DNA of 64,000 nucleotides from Balanoglossus misakiensis (GCA_040954595.2 CM082577.2:5878301-5942300), one strand, 5' to 3'; positions 1 to 14,826 are shown, numbered from the stretch's first letter. The notes: a model not told the origin generated them from the sequence alone. Numbers and translations are program-made.

Positions 1-1809
1 TTTATAACCAACGTTTCGAGTAACCACAGCAAGATTGAACACGTTATTCGCGGCGCAGATTAAAGTTACTTACGAAACAAACAGTTGTTTTCGCGATCAC
101 TTTGTGGCCCACGTGCGTGTATTAAGAAATTTCAACGCCGAGTTTGCATTTTAAAAATTACTTTACCTTACCTTATTCTGACAGAACCAATGATCGGATA
201 AGGGTGTAACTTTATCTGAGCTCAACACGCACACAACGATCTTTTTATAATTTTATTTTTGAGCACCGCTACATTTCGAGATACCTCCATATATTTCCGA
301 AACACGCATTAAGCTCCTTTTCGCGGAAAGGCTTTACCAGGCAGAAACAAAAGAAAATATTTACGACACTAATTTTGGAATTGTCGGAAAGGATCAAAGT
401 ACCTTTGGAGACACCCATGCACGAACTATAATAAATCGCGCCTCTTTTCGGTGCGATCAACAGATGTTTTAATACTGGGCCCATTACAATGTCCAAGGGA
501 GATTCCATTCTACGCCCTGAAGGGGTGATAGGGATAGTGAAACGGGCAGGTAAAATGGAAATGTGAATGTGCACAGTAGGACTATTTTATAGATTACACG
601 TCTTTCGGGGAAATGTAAGGTTGAACAGATTCCACAAAAATTGATGCAGAAACCAACCTGTAGATCTTGGGCAATTGTGTTTTTGTTGTTTGTTTTATTC
701 CATTCTCTCAAACGGAGAACGATTTTTGAGACTTTGCCGACAGCAAGTAACATACTTTGCTCACACGGCTACGCAGTAACCCCACCCCAATGCATGGTTA
801 TTACGCTTTGAATGGGGCGACAGAACATCCGGGGTAATTAAATGACGATGGTCGTTCAACAACCATGCAGGCAGTGTGTATGCTTTAGAACTGGGAGGTT
901 CTCGCCAAAATAGACACGGACAGCTTGTAAGGGTTGAAAAATACGCGGACACTAAACTTAGAGAGAACAACTGTGGCAGATGGTTAAATTTGATATTTTG
1001 AAGTTCTAAGTGCCCAAAACCGACCACGAGTTCCCGAGACCACATTTTTGTTCGAAACTGTGGTTATACATAAATTGTTGATATTTGGAAGGGAAAACAA
1101 GTATCCCTGAGAGCCAGTTAGTTGTAGCTACGAAAAAAAACAATGCGTGTATTGAAAATACATTTTTGAGGCAAACAATTCAAGTCCCCATTCTGCCAAT
1201 CCCCTGTGAGCACATGGGATTAGAGGCGTTTAATATTAACGGGAATTTAAACCGCGATACCCACAGGAGCCTTTCTTGGAATTGGCAATATCACATCTGA
1301 GTGCATTTGACATAGAATTTGAAAGCCATCTGGGACTGCAGCGCAATTTATGAATTGATATCGGGAATTCCAAATGGTGATTGAATATGCAAAGTAGGGC
1401 CTTTATAACTTTGTGAGATTAGAAAGTTTTTTTAATCATAGATGCCAATACGACCATGGTGCTCACCACACATAATCATGATCATCTCGTACACCTGCAT
1501 GCCCCATCCACTAAAATCTACCAAGATCTTGACGTGAAACAGTAATGTCTACCACATTTAAGGCTAATCATGAGTGCATGGGAAATATGCTGGAAAGCTA
1601 GTTCATAAAAACCATCGTTGTTCCACCATAAATGCTTGAGTGTACATATAAGGTATATGGTTCGGTCGACTATGTAACAGACTTGATTGACTGGATTTTT
1701 ATTCCCTTGAGGGCGCTCTTTGCTCAGACCGCACCCAATGACACGATGGAAGGTGGCAACTTCCCTGCTGAAAAACATTCAGACCAAACCCACAGTTCAA
1801 AAACTAACT

Positions 1810-1815
1810 TTTATT
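1810..1815 (-). other. Candidate polyadenylation signal (AATAAA) ending the CEP112 3' UTR
   Basis: TTTATT on plus at 1810-1815, at the end of an AT-rich, CpG-poor 1.4 kb stretch downstream of the CEP112 stop; other TTTATT copies exist, so not unique. Confidence 0.4.
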
Positions 1816-3211
1816 CTCAGATTACAACTGTAAAAAATATAATAATGCCATTTTGGTTTATAAAAAATCATAAATTAGCAACGCCTCTTAAATAAAAAAT
1901 ATAACAATCTTCTACAATTATGCTTATGTTTTTAAAATTACATTTAAATAAACAACAAAGTTTCTCAGCATTCAGATTAAAAGAACAAGCTAAATTTCCT
2001 TCCAGTGATGACCTGCTCTCCTATACGTTAATGGCACGTTTCAATGTGAAAGATGTAAGCCAGGTGCTCATTGGCTTATGAGTGAGTAGATGTCACAGAT
2101 AGTTGATGAGGATGCATGTTCCATCACTGTTCGAACAACGCTTTGTGCATCTTTGAAAGTTTGGCAAATAAGACACAAAACACTTACAGCTACACAAAAA
2201 ATATTCAACAAAAGGTGTTGTTACTGTACAGCAATACTCAGTACAAAATGATACCAAAAAAGCCCTTTTATAGTAGCAAAAATATACACAACCAGAATGA
2301 AAAAATGACATAAGAAAGAACAATGCTTTACAACTTAAAATTATTAACAGCAAACATGTTACACGTGGCCACTCGCAAATCTTGTGAATAAGCTAAACTT
2401 TACACAAAGGTAAATCATGAATGAAATATGTATACAAAAATTATTCACAAACTATTGACATGAGTTGAAAGTTAAAATTATCTTTTAAATGTTAAATTCT
2501 GACATTTTCAATAAGGTGATATATTATAATATGATTTCTATGTCATGTTTTCACAGAAAGTGCATTTAACCATACCAGTCCATGGTGAGATTTAAAAATA
2601 TTATCAAAAAAGTTAGCACTGTGATTGTATCGATCTGCATCATGTAGAAAAATATTATCCTTATTTCAATAAATGATCTGAAAGTCTACAGCGGCATCTC
2701 TGTGATTAGCGCCCTCTGGAGACATATGGAGGGAAGATCATACCCTTTACCCCAAGTTTTTTTTGTTTACTCAAACAAAAAATTAAAACAGTGTACAAAT
2801 TTCTTTTATAATCCCTCCTTTTGAAAGTCATAACTTATAAAAAAAAAAAAACTGGAATCGAATACTGGAAAATTACAATGTCACTTTCAGTGAGGAAGTC
2901 TCTTTGGAATTTTTTCTCTTAAAGCTGTAATCAATTTTACCAGAGAGAAATTAAACGATATTTTATATATTTCAGGATATACTTCTCGGTCAAACTTACT
3001 TTAGAATGACAGAGAAGAATTCATTGTTATTTATTTACATAGCAGTGTTGCAATTTTTGGAATAATGGATATCGATCAGATTCTGTCACGCGAAAAATTT
3101 GACAATACAACATTATAGCATGCAGATGCATCTTTTTAACCCAGTGACACCTTGGACAAGAACTCTGGCAAGCCCTTTCCGCCTCCCGACGACAGATCCT
3201 GCAGAAAGACT

Positions 3212-6200
3212 CTAGCTTAATCTTGTCGGTGAGCCAAAGCCGACCGAGTATTTACTTTTGGCGTCCAGTTCTTCTTGAAGAATCATTGCACGTTGCTGTA
3301 GTGAGTTGACTTGTGATTTCAACGACGATATAGTGTCCTCCAACTCCTGCAAGTCAAGGAACCAAACAAAATGAGAAAAAGATCACCTATGATGTTAAAA
3401 ACAATTTACTAGTATCCTCCTACCCCTAATATCCATTCTTGTTTACATTAATATCTGCCACTTACCTCTCTGATATCATTGGGCATCAGTCCTTTCATTT
3501 TATCTTCGTAATCTTGGCGAAGATGGTTGATCTGAAAGTGCCAGAAGTGAATAAGTTAAAAATAAAATCTGCATAATGCATCATCGTAAGCTCTAAAATT
3601 GTGACATTTTAAAGACCAGTACTTCATACATTTCAGAATACATGCGTTGTCACCCTGAAATGTGGAGGGTGATTTCGGTTTGTACAATGGCCAGGATGTA
3701 TCCTAGGTCACCCAATGGAGAATTAACAAAAGAAACAATAGGAGAGTGGTATTTTGGGGAGTGGTTTTGAACAGGGCATTACCACAATAGCTTGGTGTGA
3801 TACTGAGATACATGAGTCTCTAAGTATTGTGAAGCGGCTGGGCGGAGACTGGGTACCTTCACACAACAGGGTCGACTAGCAAACAGGAAGTGATGTCACA
3901 AAATGGAAGACCAAAAAAATTGGCAATAAGGAAATGATAAATTTCCACTTCAGTCCGAAAACAAAGAAGACATGCATCCACAGATATGATGGAATATGGG
4001 GGAAAAACAAGACACTGCAATGCAGGATGTTAAATTTGATCCAACATGGCAGCCTAGGTGGTCTTCAGGAAGCTGCACACAGCCAGCTAAAGGGGGTGAC
4101 AAAGAATCGTGGGATACCAAAGGAAGGGTCGACGCCGTCATCCGAACATACTGTCAATCACGCATCACTTCACAAACATTTGCCACCCTTGAATCTTTGC
4201 AATCCATGTATCACTCCACAAAAGTTATTGTCGCTCGCATGTCACTCCGCACACATATTTTGACAAGTGATTTGCGGTTCGTACCACAGAAAGGAGGAAA
4301 TGTTCACAATCGGCAGGACATGCAGCTAATGTACAAACCTTTTCCTGGCGATCAAACTCCTGCTGTTGCAGTCTCTTCTCCATCTGCCTGACTTTGTTTT
4401 TGTGACTGTCCAAGTCCAGCTGAAGGCTCTGCAAATTAATGACAAAGATCATTTCATTGGCAAGACCTCAGTAAAAACGAGCTTGTTAATTACAACGGGG
4501 TCAATACAATAAAATCAGCTGTCCTCAAGGATATGTTCTGCTTACAAACCTTGATAAAGTTGGAATGTTGTCGTTTCATGGACTCCTTTTCCTCTTCGAC
4601 AGTTCTGATGGCCGACGATATTTTGCGATCGCTGTCCAACCTGGCACTGCAGTTGGAAAAAGGAAACAAGACACACAGACAATGATTGGCATGGAAACAA
4701 GAAAGAAAACACCATGAAAAAGAACAGGTAACTTTTATTTAGGTAACTTTTTTTATTTACATTAAAAGTGATGTTAGTACCTTCAAAGTACACTACACTC
4801 ACCTATTTCCTTCTTCTCTCACACTCTGGATAATAACTTGAAGTTCTGAAATCGTCTGAGGATTTGACAAAAGACATGAACTCTATTTAGTCTCACTGAG
4901 ACGACTCCCTAACTCATATACTAGAGTTACAGGACATCTAATCATATTAATGGGAACCGTAGCAAAAGAGAAACCAGGCCTCCAAAATCATTTACTAATA
5001 ATCCCCAAACTTGGCAAAAACAATGTGGTCTGTCTTACCTGTGCCGACTTTGTCAGCCTCTGTGTGTACTCCTTTTCAATTTCTTTCAACCTGTTATTGG
5101 TCTGCAAAGATCGGATATTCAGAAGGTCATTTTAGACATATTAATTTTTTTTATTCCCGTTTTACTGGAGACAAATGATAGTTAAACGAAGTCTGGATAA
5201 ACATCGATCTCCTTCTCTCTCACCTGTTCCAAAGCCTTCTCCATCTGCCCACTGTGTTCTCTCTGCAACTTTAACTTCTGTTGTTCTATCTCAGATTTCA
5301 TCTTGCTTATCTGGTGGGGGTGGGGGTGAGGGATGAAAAATTACAATCAGCATTAGCTTCTCTCTGTGTGTGTCATCCAGTAAATAATATTCCCATGTGA
5401 TAAATCCGACAAAGAAACTTAGTCAAGTACAATGTACGTGTATAATTTCTAATAACCATTTACATTTGACCCCAACACCATATTTTATAATTATCAAACT
5501 GGCCACATCTATTGTCACCATGGATACTGACCACTGCTTCGTGTTCTCGAGATCCCTTTTGTTTCTCTTCTTCTCTGAGTAAACCCAGCTCTACGATCTG
5601 CTGTTTCCTGAGCGAGTTGGACTGGATCACCTCTTCTCGCAAGTCACGCACTTGCTGCTCAAGTTCAGAGATGGTCTGAAATTCACAGCGAAAGTTGATA
5701 GAGAAATGATCGGTTAATAGAGGTTATGACTATCTATATAAAATTAGATACTAGACTCCAAGTTGCCATCAAAGAAAGAATATGAAATGTCATTTTTATT
5801 TTGTTCTTTTGAATCTCCTCTCAACTCCATGCAAAGGACTGAAAAAGTCTCAATAACAGCACTGCATAGTTGACCTTTGACCTCACCTGCTCATCTCGAC
5901 GCTGCCTGTCTTTGGACCTGATTTCGTGGTCATCAGCGCTGGCTTTCATCTTCTCCGACAGTTTGTCAATTTCATAATCATGTTCTCTCTGCACCGTTTC
6001 TCTCTCCGAGTGATAGTCTTTCAGAATGTTGGCCTTCTCCTGCTCAAACTTCAGTTTCAATTCAGCGATCTGAGAGATAACATCAAAAGTGAAAACGTTT
6101 ATTTGAAATTCCGCTGTAGTCTGACTGATAAAATAATAAATATCAATCTGTGTGAATGCAAGTCATATGTCATTCCATGAAATACTTCAGGGTGTGATGT

Positions 6201-9200
6201 CAAATGTCTGTGCAGATGTCGACCCCTGACCTTTGATCTCTGACACACGCTCACCTCTTGTTCATATCTGTGGGTATGCTCTTCCATCTGTTTCGCAAAC
6301 TCCCTGGCTTGTTTCTCTCTGAGCATCTTCGACTTTGACAGGTCGGATTCAACTCTTTCCATCTGTAAACAGTAGTAATTGATGACATTACTATACTATG
6401 CAAATTAGCCAATAAGAAATTTGTAGCAGAACCAAGTTGAGGTTTCACAAGTGCTAGAGACAGCACAGCGTGACAGTACATTCATTAAAAGGCAACAAGA
6501 TTCTGAGTACAATGGTGATGAAATATTCCTTTTGAAAATAACTGTGACAATGTTTGGCTCAAAGTGAGTTAGAAACTGAGTCAATGGTAGCAAGAAAACT
6601 CGCTTAAAAACTCAAATTTTTTTAAGCCTGTGAATCTTCCAAAAAAAGCCTCCTTACCTGCTGCTTCATTTCATCAAACATTTTCCCGGAATTCTTCTCC
6701 ACTTGTTTTTTGAAATCTTCCAGCGCCATTTCAGACTGCTGGGAATGTACTCTGTGTTGGTCTGTTGCCCTCTCCATCAACTCGTCCTTCTCCCTGGAGA
6801 TTATATCACACAGGTCATACACTCGTCAGTCAAGTGTTTTGTAAATTTTAGATAAAGTGGTTGTTCTGCAAGTTTAAACCTCGCACAAAGCCATGTATAG
6901 ACAGATATGGTACAACTAGACACACACAGACACTCCATATTCCCCTCTGCATACTTCACCATACCTGACAGCTTCTTCCAGTTTCTTAATCTTCCGGCGG
7001 GAATCATGTTTCTCCTGTTCCAACTCGTTCTTGAGACTCTGTACCTTCTTGTCGTGCAGGTGCTCAAGGTGCATCTTGTCCTGTTTTTGTACCGCTTCCA
7101 GTTCCTGTAAGAACACAGCAACGCGGAAATAACATAACATGACATTTAGCATGTGGTATGCTCTTGACGTTGTCACTGAACAACACTGGCCATCGTCTGG
7201 TCCGCACTACTTGGCTAGCTCGTCTTGGATAGTCTCCCTAGCCAATCCCTGTGCACGCAACCCCTATAGTTTTGTGTGTTTGATTTATTTAGAAGCTCAA
7301 AAAAGGGCGGACCAATCACAGCAAGCCTTATGCACCTCCTACATTTATGGAACAGGCTGCACTGAACCAGGGTGAATCATAGTCTTGGTGATTGTGACCA
7401 TTTTCAGGTGGTCGTGGATTACATCTTCTTGAGATAATTGATAATTTTTGATGCTCACCCTGACTTGTCTCTGCCTCTGGTGTTCGCTCTCCTGCAACGA
7501 CTGTTTCAACTGCATCACATGTTGCTCCAAATCTTTGATGGTATCCGTCGCCTGCAATGGAAAATCCATGAAAGTGGCAGCATTTGACATGATAGAGTGT
7601 GTTCATATGGCAACTGATTATATCAAAGGTCATGACTGATGAGGAGTCCTTGGTCTGGGATTGTCAATGGAGTCGTCAAATGATCCACCAACAGGGCTTG
7701 TCCAAAATTACCAGGCCATCCCTGTCTGCAACTGACTAAATCTTAACCTTTAACGGAAGTATTTTTTTTAAAGCCAATTTTTGTACACATTTCAAATCTA
7801 AAGCTGATATGCTCCTAGTCGCCCTATGCTTGTAATCAGAGAGTCTACAACGAGATATACATTGATGCAGCACCTGTGTTGAAAAAAACATTCCCATCTT
7901 ACCTTGGATGATGAGAGCGAGTGTTCTTGTCTCATGTATTCCACGGTGGCCTCTGTTTTGTTTCTGACCTGTCTCATTTCTCTGTCGTGATCTTCCCTCA
8001 TGCGGCTGCATTCTTTGTCTACAGCAGAATACCTGAAAGTTCAAATAAAATGGTCAGGCGTGATTTACCGTGTGGAGATCAGCGAGTTGGTTTTCATTGT
8101 CATACTGGTGATTTTTGAGATGTTTAATGAAACATTTAGTACTACATATTAGAAATAACAAATCAGTATCATCCATGTTCCCATTTTATTAAAGGTATGC
8201 AGTCACCTATGCAAATTTATTTAAAAAAAGACACAGTATTCTCAGGCGACCCAATATGCCACTCTATGGTTTTTCCTACCAACTCTCTCTCTCAATCTCT
8301 CTCTTAAATTTCCTTCTAAACTCACTTGGCTTTCAGTTCTTCATAGTCGCTGACAAGGCGGTTATGCCGACTTTCCAGTTCCAGTCTCTCCTGACCAAGT
8401 TTGATTCGCGTGGAGCTGTGCGTCTCAGCCTCCTGTGTCAACTGGTGGACTCGGTCTTCAAGTTCCTTGATCACATTGCTCTATTCAAGTAAGAACATCA
8501 ACATTTATAAAGAAGTCGATTTATGGAGGGAGGGAGGGATGGATGGAGGGATGATTGTCTTCTGTTCTCTCAGTTTCTTTTTCTACCATTTTTCCAGCCA
8601 GGTTTTTTTCTTTCATAGATTCATTCTATCTTACATGTCATTTGAATTATGGAACATACAGGGAGGATTAGACCACAACAGAATGTGTCAAGTTTGCATT
8701 CCATTCAGTTATTGCTTCTTCTTTTTTACCATGTTTAGTCACAAGATTACAATACTAGGTTACATGTTACCATATTTGGTCATATTTTTACCATATTTGG
8801 TCACATGTTACCATATTTGGTCACATATTACCATATTTGGTCATATCTTTACCATATTTGGTCACATGTTACCATATTTGGTCACATGTTACCATATTTG
8901 GCTATACTGCTTACATTTGCTTCCACCTGAGCGTTGTATTCGCCTTCCATCTTTTGGAGTCTGGCATTGGTGTCGTCAAGCAGTTCCTGAATGTTCTTTG
9001 TGTGTTGCTTCTGCATGTCGAATTTCTCCTGCTCAAAGTCAGCGATGGCGTCGTGTAGCTGGCATGGAAAAAATAACAATGAGATTAGAGTTTGCATGTA
9101 CATAATTTGTCAAACACCAACCAGAAGTTTAGAAGCTAAGTTGTCTTAAAAAATATGCAAGGTGGTGTTGATGTAAATTGTAAGTGATGTTCCCACACAG

Positions 9201-12200
9201 ACTTCAATCAGATCCCATGAGTACTTGATATTTACCTTCTTTTCAAACTCATTCTGTGAACTCTGAGTTGTATGTTCAGCCATTTTCTTCAGCTCTGCTA
9301 TCTGTTTGTCTTTGTTTTCCCTGATTACAGTAGACTCTTTGACGAGAGTTTGAACTGAAAACAACAACATAAACCTTTGAAAAATGCACAACTAATGTGA
9401 AAGAAAATCATCTATAAAGGCAATGAATGAGCCAGTAAACACACACACACACACACACATGTACATACATACAGGGGAAACATGGCTGCTTGCTTACCTT
9501 TCTTTTCCAATTTCTTGATGGTTTCTTCGTTTTCTTTTGTCTTCCCCCTGTAGTGTGACTTGACGTCTTCTATTTCTAAATTCTTGCGATCTAGAATCTG
9601 ATTAAATGAAGAAATGTTGATCCAAGTTTATAAACAGTGCTCTTGAGTTTGAGGTTCATTTTGGAAAAGCTTAGAATGTCATTTAAAACTGTAACGATTC
9701 CGGAGTTATACATACACATGATAATCAAATGACAGGGAAGGAGAAAATGGACACATGGTCTTTCTGTACCTTTTGGATGGCCTCATCGTGTTTCTGTTGC
9801 ATGTTGAGTTTCTCCTCGTGGAATTTGGCTTCCAGCATCTTGGTTTTCATCTCCAGTTCTTTCTCGTACTTGCTGACCAGACTCGGCTCATCCCGGAAAG
9901 ACGAACCACCTGGCAAAGTGAACAAAATGTAGGGAATGATGATGATGATGTGTGTCACCGATGAAACAAATATGGGTGGGAGTTGATATACCAGTATCTC
10001 AAGTTCAACCAGACAGTAAGTGTCAAACTGGACCTTGATCATCGTTCTGACAAAAAGTATGTCATGCTCTTAAGTTTCTCATGAAAGGCTGCCAATGTCA
10101 CTCTGACCTACCTCTGCTTACACTTGGCCTTGATGATTGGAGTGGATTCCAGTCGTGGAAATATCTGGACTCCTGTCATTGTCAAAAAAAAAAAACAGAA
10201 AAAATGAAAGTAACTGGTTACAGGGACATAAACTGTAACATCTTCTGTCCATTCATGCTTTCAGTGTTAATTCAAGTCATCCTATCCCATCTCATTCTCA
10301 GTATGGCTAGGTTGCCATTTCGAACATGCTTCAGTTTTAGTATTGACCTTTGGCAGGTCAAAGCAGGAAAGCAGGCCGATACTCACCTCAGTTTTCGGTG
10401 GTGGTGTCTTGCTTCTCCTGTGACTCTCCGAATGATCTTCGTCATCGGAAGAGTATGTAAATGAGGGCTTGTATCGACTGAGAATATCATCCTGGAGTAA
10501 TGAATTAACAAACCAGTATCACCATATTACTTTTACATGTTTACTATCAAAACATCAGAATTTGACAGCCAGGGTGGATCTTAAATGCTGATGAATGAAA
10601 TACAGTCTGTTCTGATCATGGCTATCTATCCTGAGATTAGGAAAGTGCTGAAAGGTATTCTTTATAACACCATCTGCAAAAAAAAAAAAATCTGCCTTGG
10701 CGATGGCCCCCCTTATGACTGGTGGTGGGTGGGAAATGTCCAATGTCCAGGCATTGTCTGTTCGCATGGGTTGTAAGCTCGACCACATGCTCCCAACTCA
10801 TGAACCTTTGCAGGCCAAGATATGCAGGAGGTATACACCATTCCTGCTACCACATAAATAGTCTGATATCAGATGATAACTTACTTTGCCATGTGGAGGT
10901 TTTTCGTCGGCACTCCTGGAAAACAACGGCCTCCGAGCGGGCGGAGTTGCCTGGTCTCCTGCAGAACCTCCACCAAAAGTGTGGGTTCTCCTGTAAATAC
11001 AAAAATTCCATCTTGCTATCATGGCAATGATATTGAAGTCAAGAATAATTCTAAACCTCTAAACCCACCTTTACCATAACTTATTACACAAGATGGAAAT
11101 TAAATATTGTAATATTTTATAGGAATAGTGTCATTTATGATGGAACGATGGAGGTTTGAAACATTAGAGGGGATAACCGATAATTAATCAGTGAAGTAGC
11201 CCACAGAAAAATGCCCCCACACCCACAAGGAAGGTGACGAGTTACTTTATTATTTACGAGATTGTGAATTACAGTCAGCTTTTAATTTATTTATGATAAA
11301 TAAGTGTAATCCCATATAGCCATGTTTGTGTTGTACACGTCAGTATTTTGGGGTAAAGTTTTAAAAAACCTAACCTGGAGATTCGGTAAAATGCAAAATG
11401 ATAATCAGTTTCAGAAGCTGTGCGGGTGTTTTCAGCAAAAACTGTTGTTGGGACAGTTTCAAACCAACAGAAACATCAAAATACTGTCGTTATGTTTCAG
11501 TCCTGCCCCCTAGTCTAGTATTAAAGGTATCATAAGAATGTTTAACATGCAACATTCAGTCGCATGCATTACAATGTTGGGAGTTACAATTCCATGCTAA
11601 GTTCATCAGGCTAGAAATTCTGACATAGCTGCAATTAACCCATGTTGCTTGTTTACGTTGTCTGTTTCGTTGCCATGGCTATATGGTATTACCTTCTTCT
11701 GGGTGAAGCAACGACAGCGTGAAATCTCTCTCTAATGGTGGATGTGGCGTGAGGTTGGCCGATGTGCCTGGAGGTGGTCGAGTAGGATAATGGTGAGGGG
11801 TCTACAAACGTTTCACCCAGCTCTCCCTGGACCCAGTCAGGCGGGGATATTCCGTCCTCGTCCGCATTCTTGGCAGCCGCGGCAGCCTTCCTCTTTGGTT
11901 CGTCAAAATATATAGACTGTGATGTGGGGGAGAAATAAGTAAATAATGTTTTTGGTGATATTGGAAATTTTAACATTTTTTCTCTTTGGGTTGTCAAAAT
12001 ATATAGACTGTCATGTGGGGGAAATAAGTAAATAATGCTTTAGATCACATTCGATAATTAAACATTTTTTCTTCATTTCAGTCAGCAAATATCATGAGGA
12101 TTAATTATTTAATATCACTTTGCCTTTGCTTGCCTGTTTTTCAACCATACGAGTAATATACAGAATGCGTCAAAGCCTTTGTGCACAGAATAAACCGACC

Positions 12201-13263
12201 AAAGAGACACACAAATTCAGTTCCTCTGACAATGCTTCACTGTCTTACCATGTATGATGGCAATGTAGGCAGCGGTCCAGAGTCTGGTCTGTGCGAGTAC
12301 GGCCCCTCTAGCAGCCCCCTCTTCAACATGTGCTTCAGCAACTCCGCGTACAGGTTTCGATTTTTCCTGTAAGACAAACAAGAAATCCTAACCCCTGTCC
12401 TGCTGAAACCAACCACAATTCCAGGCGGTTGTCGCATTTGTACAGGGACCACAGCAGGAGAAGGGTTAGTGATTTGCTGATCATTTACTTCAATTATACT
12501 TGTGACATATCTTTTTTTTATGTTTGTTCATTATACAAATCTGTAATCATGACAGCAAATATAGCATTTTTGTATAAATCTAGAACTTGATAAATGATAC
12601 AGAACATTTTCCGTGGAATAAACATAATAGTTTTTGGGTGAAGCATTGAGATTTGTCAGCCTGCCTACATTTTGCTGCACGGTAATGTTGTGCAAAATTT
12701 GAGACTTACCGTCCTGTGACCCCTGACCCTGGTGGTTCACACAGCTTTTTAATCCACAAGGCACACCGTTGTCGTTCTGTTAGAAAAAAAGGACAGAAAG
12801 AAACACACATGATTACTGATTCAGTGATGTACTTTAATATCTTTTAAAATGCCTCCGTTGCTTTGACAAAAACAGTTTACAATGTTGTACATGTACTTCA
12901 CTTTTTTCTCAAATAACGCCCCATGCAGAGACTAGGTTTTTAAAAAAGCATCAGGTAATCACTTGTTATGCACACAGCAGAAGTGAAATTGAGACCACAA
13001 CTGGTTGGTTTTTCAAAGTTTGGACTCAGTTCAAGATGCTATGAGTCACGTTGCATTTCATCAGACGCCAATGATGTACCGTCAACATAAAAATGTTGGT
13101 GTGAGTTACGCATTAATTACGTCAACCAATCAAAGTCAGATTATGTACCCTTACCTGACTTATGAGGTAGTTTCAGCACAAATGGTTTCATCGCCGCTAG
13201 ATACTGGTCAAACTCCTCGTCTAGTCGCTTGGTTACCTCTTGCGTTGATTCCATTGTAGCCAT
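3212..13263 (-). CDS. CEP112: Centrosomal protein of 112 kDa (CEP112/CCDC46) orthologue, 26 coding exons, ~990 aa
   Basis: Manually spliced GT-AG exons with consistent phases: 13155-13263, 12710-12776, 12249-12366, 11693-11916, 10885-10990, 10387-10491, 10112-10172, 9770-9909, 9498-9597, 9236-9354, 8915-9058, 8326-8480, 7903-8032, 7459-7551, 6965-7104, 6658-6793, 6255-6362, 5887-6069, 5532-5675, 5224-5310, 5039-5101, 4803-4855, 4550-4646, 4339-4428, 3466-3531, 3212-3346 (2973 nt). N-terminus LDEEFDQYLAAMKPFVLKLPHKSERQRCALWIKKLCEP...RKNRNLYAELLKHMLKRGLLEGPYSHRP...LPSYMSIYFDEP and coiled-coil segments (EKELEMKTKMLEAKFHEEKL, RKQQIVELGLLREEEKQ, ELEDTISSLKSQVN) match vertebrate CEP112 as I recall it. 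Confidence 0.96.
8728..8905. repeat. Intronic minisatellite, 20-21-bp unit ACCATATTTGGTCACATGTT, ~8-9 copies
   Basis: Direct tandem copies just downstream (in transcript direction) of the donor of CEP112 exon 8915-9058. Confidence 0.9.
9439..9459. repeat. (AC)n microsatellite
   Basis: About 10 AC units. Confidence 0.85.
11890..12070. repeat. 91-bp tandem duplication spanning a CEP112 intron/exon boundary
   Basis: GTCAAAATATATAGACTGT(G/C)ATGTGGGGG(A)GAAATAAGTAAATAATG occurs at ~11902 and ~11993. Confidence 0.85.
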
Positions 13264-14826
13264 AGCGATGACGCGGCTTTCAGTGATGTGTCAGACCTGG
13301 CAATGTTATCTGTGTAGGTTAAAGTAATGATGTCAGTTATTGTTGGTGGAATTTCCTATGCATCTAAACTATTCAATGACAATGAACTTATTTTTGTAAG
13401 GTTAAGTACATAAACTCTATGACAAAGGAGCTGCTTCAATACACTTGAATCACTGTGCTTGAATTTTCATGCACAGTGTGTGTTTTTTATAAAAGCCAAC
13501 TCCTCAAATATACTTTACCCATGTTTCAATATTGAACGTGCACCTCTAGCTGGGAGGGGAAGTTTAATTAAACACCGACTTGCAGAAATATCAAAATTTT
13601 GTTTGACCTAGTACACCCAGCCCAATATTATATGGTACAACTTGCTCATCAGTTGCTAAAACAAACTTTTTTTCCAATTTCAGTTGTTCAGTCATTTGCA
13701 TTAGCCTTGAAAATCCAGTTTACAGAGTACAAACCAGCCTCCTCGTAAATTATGCCATTTAAAAATGGAAAAGAATCGAGTCACAGCTTAGAGGTGCCAC
13801 GCTAATACCAGGGTTTTAATATCGGCCTGGATACTCTATTATGCCAGCGTTCAAACAATGAAATGCCACTGTGCGAATCAGCGGTTCCACGCCAGTGGCA
13901 ACTGCAACCAAACAGTGGACGCCAGACAATGGGGTAACATTTCATTGATGCTGGATCATTGACAAGACTGAGACAGTTTAATGATATTAAAATAACTCTA
14001 CTTCTATAGTACATGATCCGACACCGCTAAGATGTTCTTCTATACGCAAAATTCAACATTCAACGTGCCGGGGAGGAATTGATTTTTGCATTGGTGGCAA
14101 GAGTGACAACTGCATTAAACAGAAAGGAATCTGCACTTTCATATTTAAAAAAAAAAGTGTTTTAAATTTAAAATATCGGCATTCTCAGAATCACAATTGT
14201 AGTGACATCATCATTACATTTCAGTTAAATTTAAAACAATTCTTTCACCCCCAGTTCCCTATGCAGAGGTCCAACTTTACAATATTTACTGTAGAAACTA
14301 ACTGATTTGGTCCAAAGGCAAACCACAGTGGTCAAAGGGTAAAATTGTAACAGTCAGGGTTCTGAGCACTATATATGTGATTCAATTACACATATAGTTC
14401 TGTAGGGCCTATCAAATAGTTAATACATACAACATGTAGCAAAGAAACAACAGCTGGATGAAAAGTCATTCATTGTTGCATGTACTAACGGTATGCAGAA
14501 TTGCTAATTAATTTTGGGAACTGGTTCCAAATATTAGAGGTCGGTGTGGCGATATCAAACAAACTCTATCAAATGCATGCCTGTGACAGATTTTTGTTGG
14601 CAGAACAAAACTTGCTGGGGAAAAAATACTTTTTGAGCATCAAGTACTACAAAATTGCACTGGAATAAATCAATTTATGCTCACTCTAAATATTTCAAAG
14701 CCCTTGTGTATAAGCGACGCTTTCCTTTCTTCAAACAACGGTCCCAAGAACATGCGATTAAATTATAGATGAATAAACAGTAATTTGATTAATGCTCAAC
14801 AGTTTCTCACACCTCAAAGTACTTAC

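Noticed and set aside
3934-4391. ORFs and GC-balanced sequence in the longest 3' intron of CEP112 (nested gene or snoRNA?)
   Set aside because: No recognisable protein similarity, box C/D or H/ACA architecture, or well-supported splice pair.
8401-9105. 234-aa plus-strand ORF
   Set aside because: Antisense to CEP112 exons and runs through the 20-bp minisatellite; low-complexity translation.
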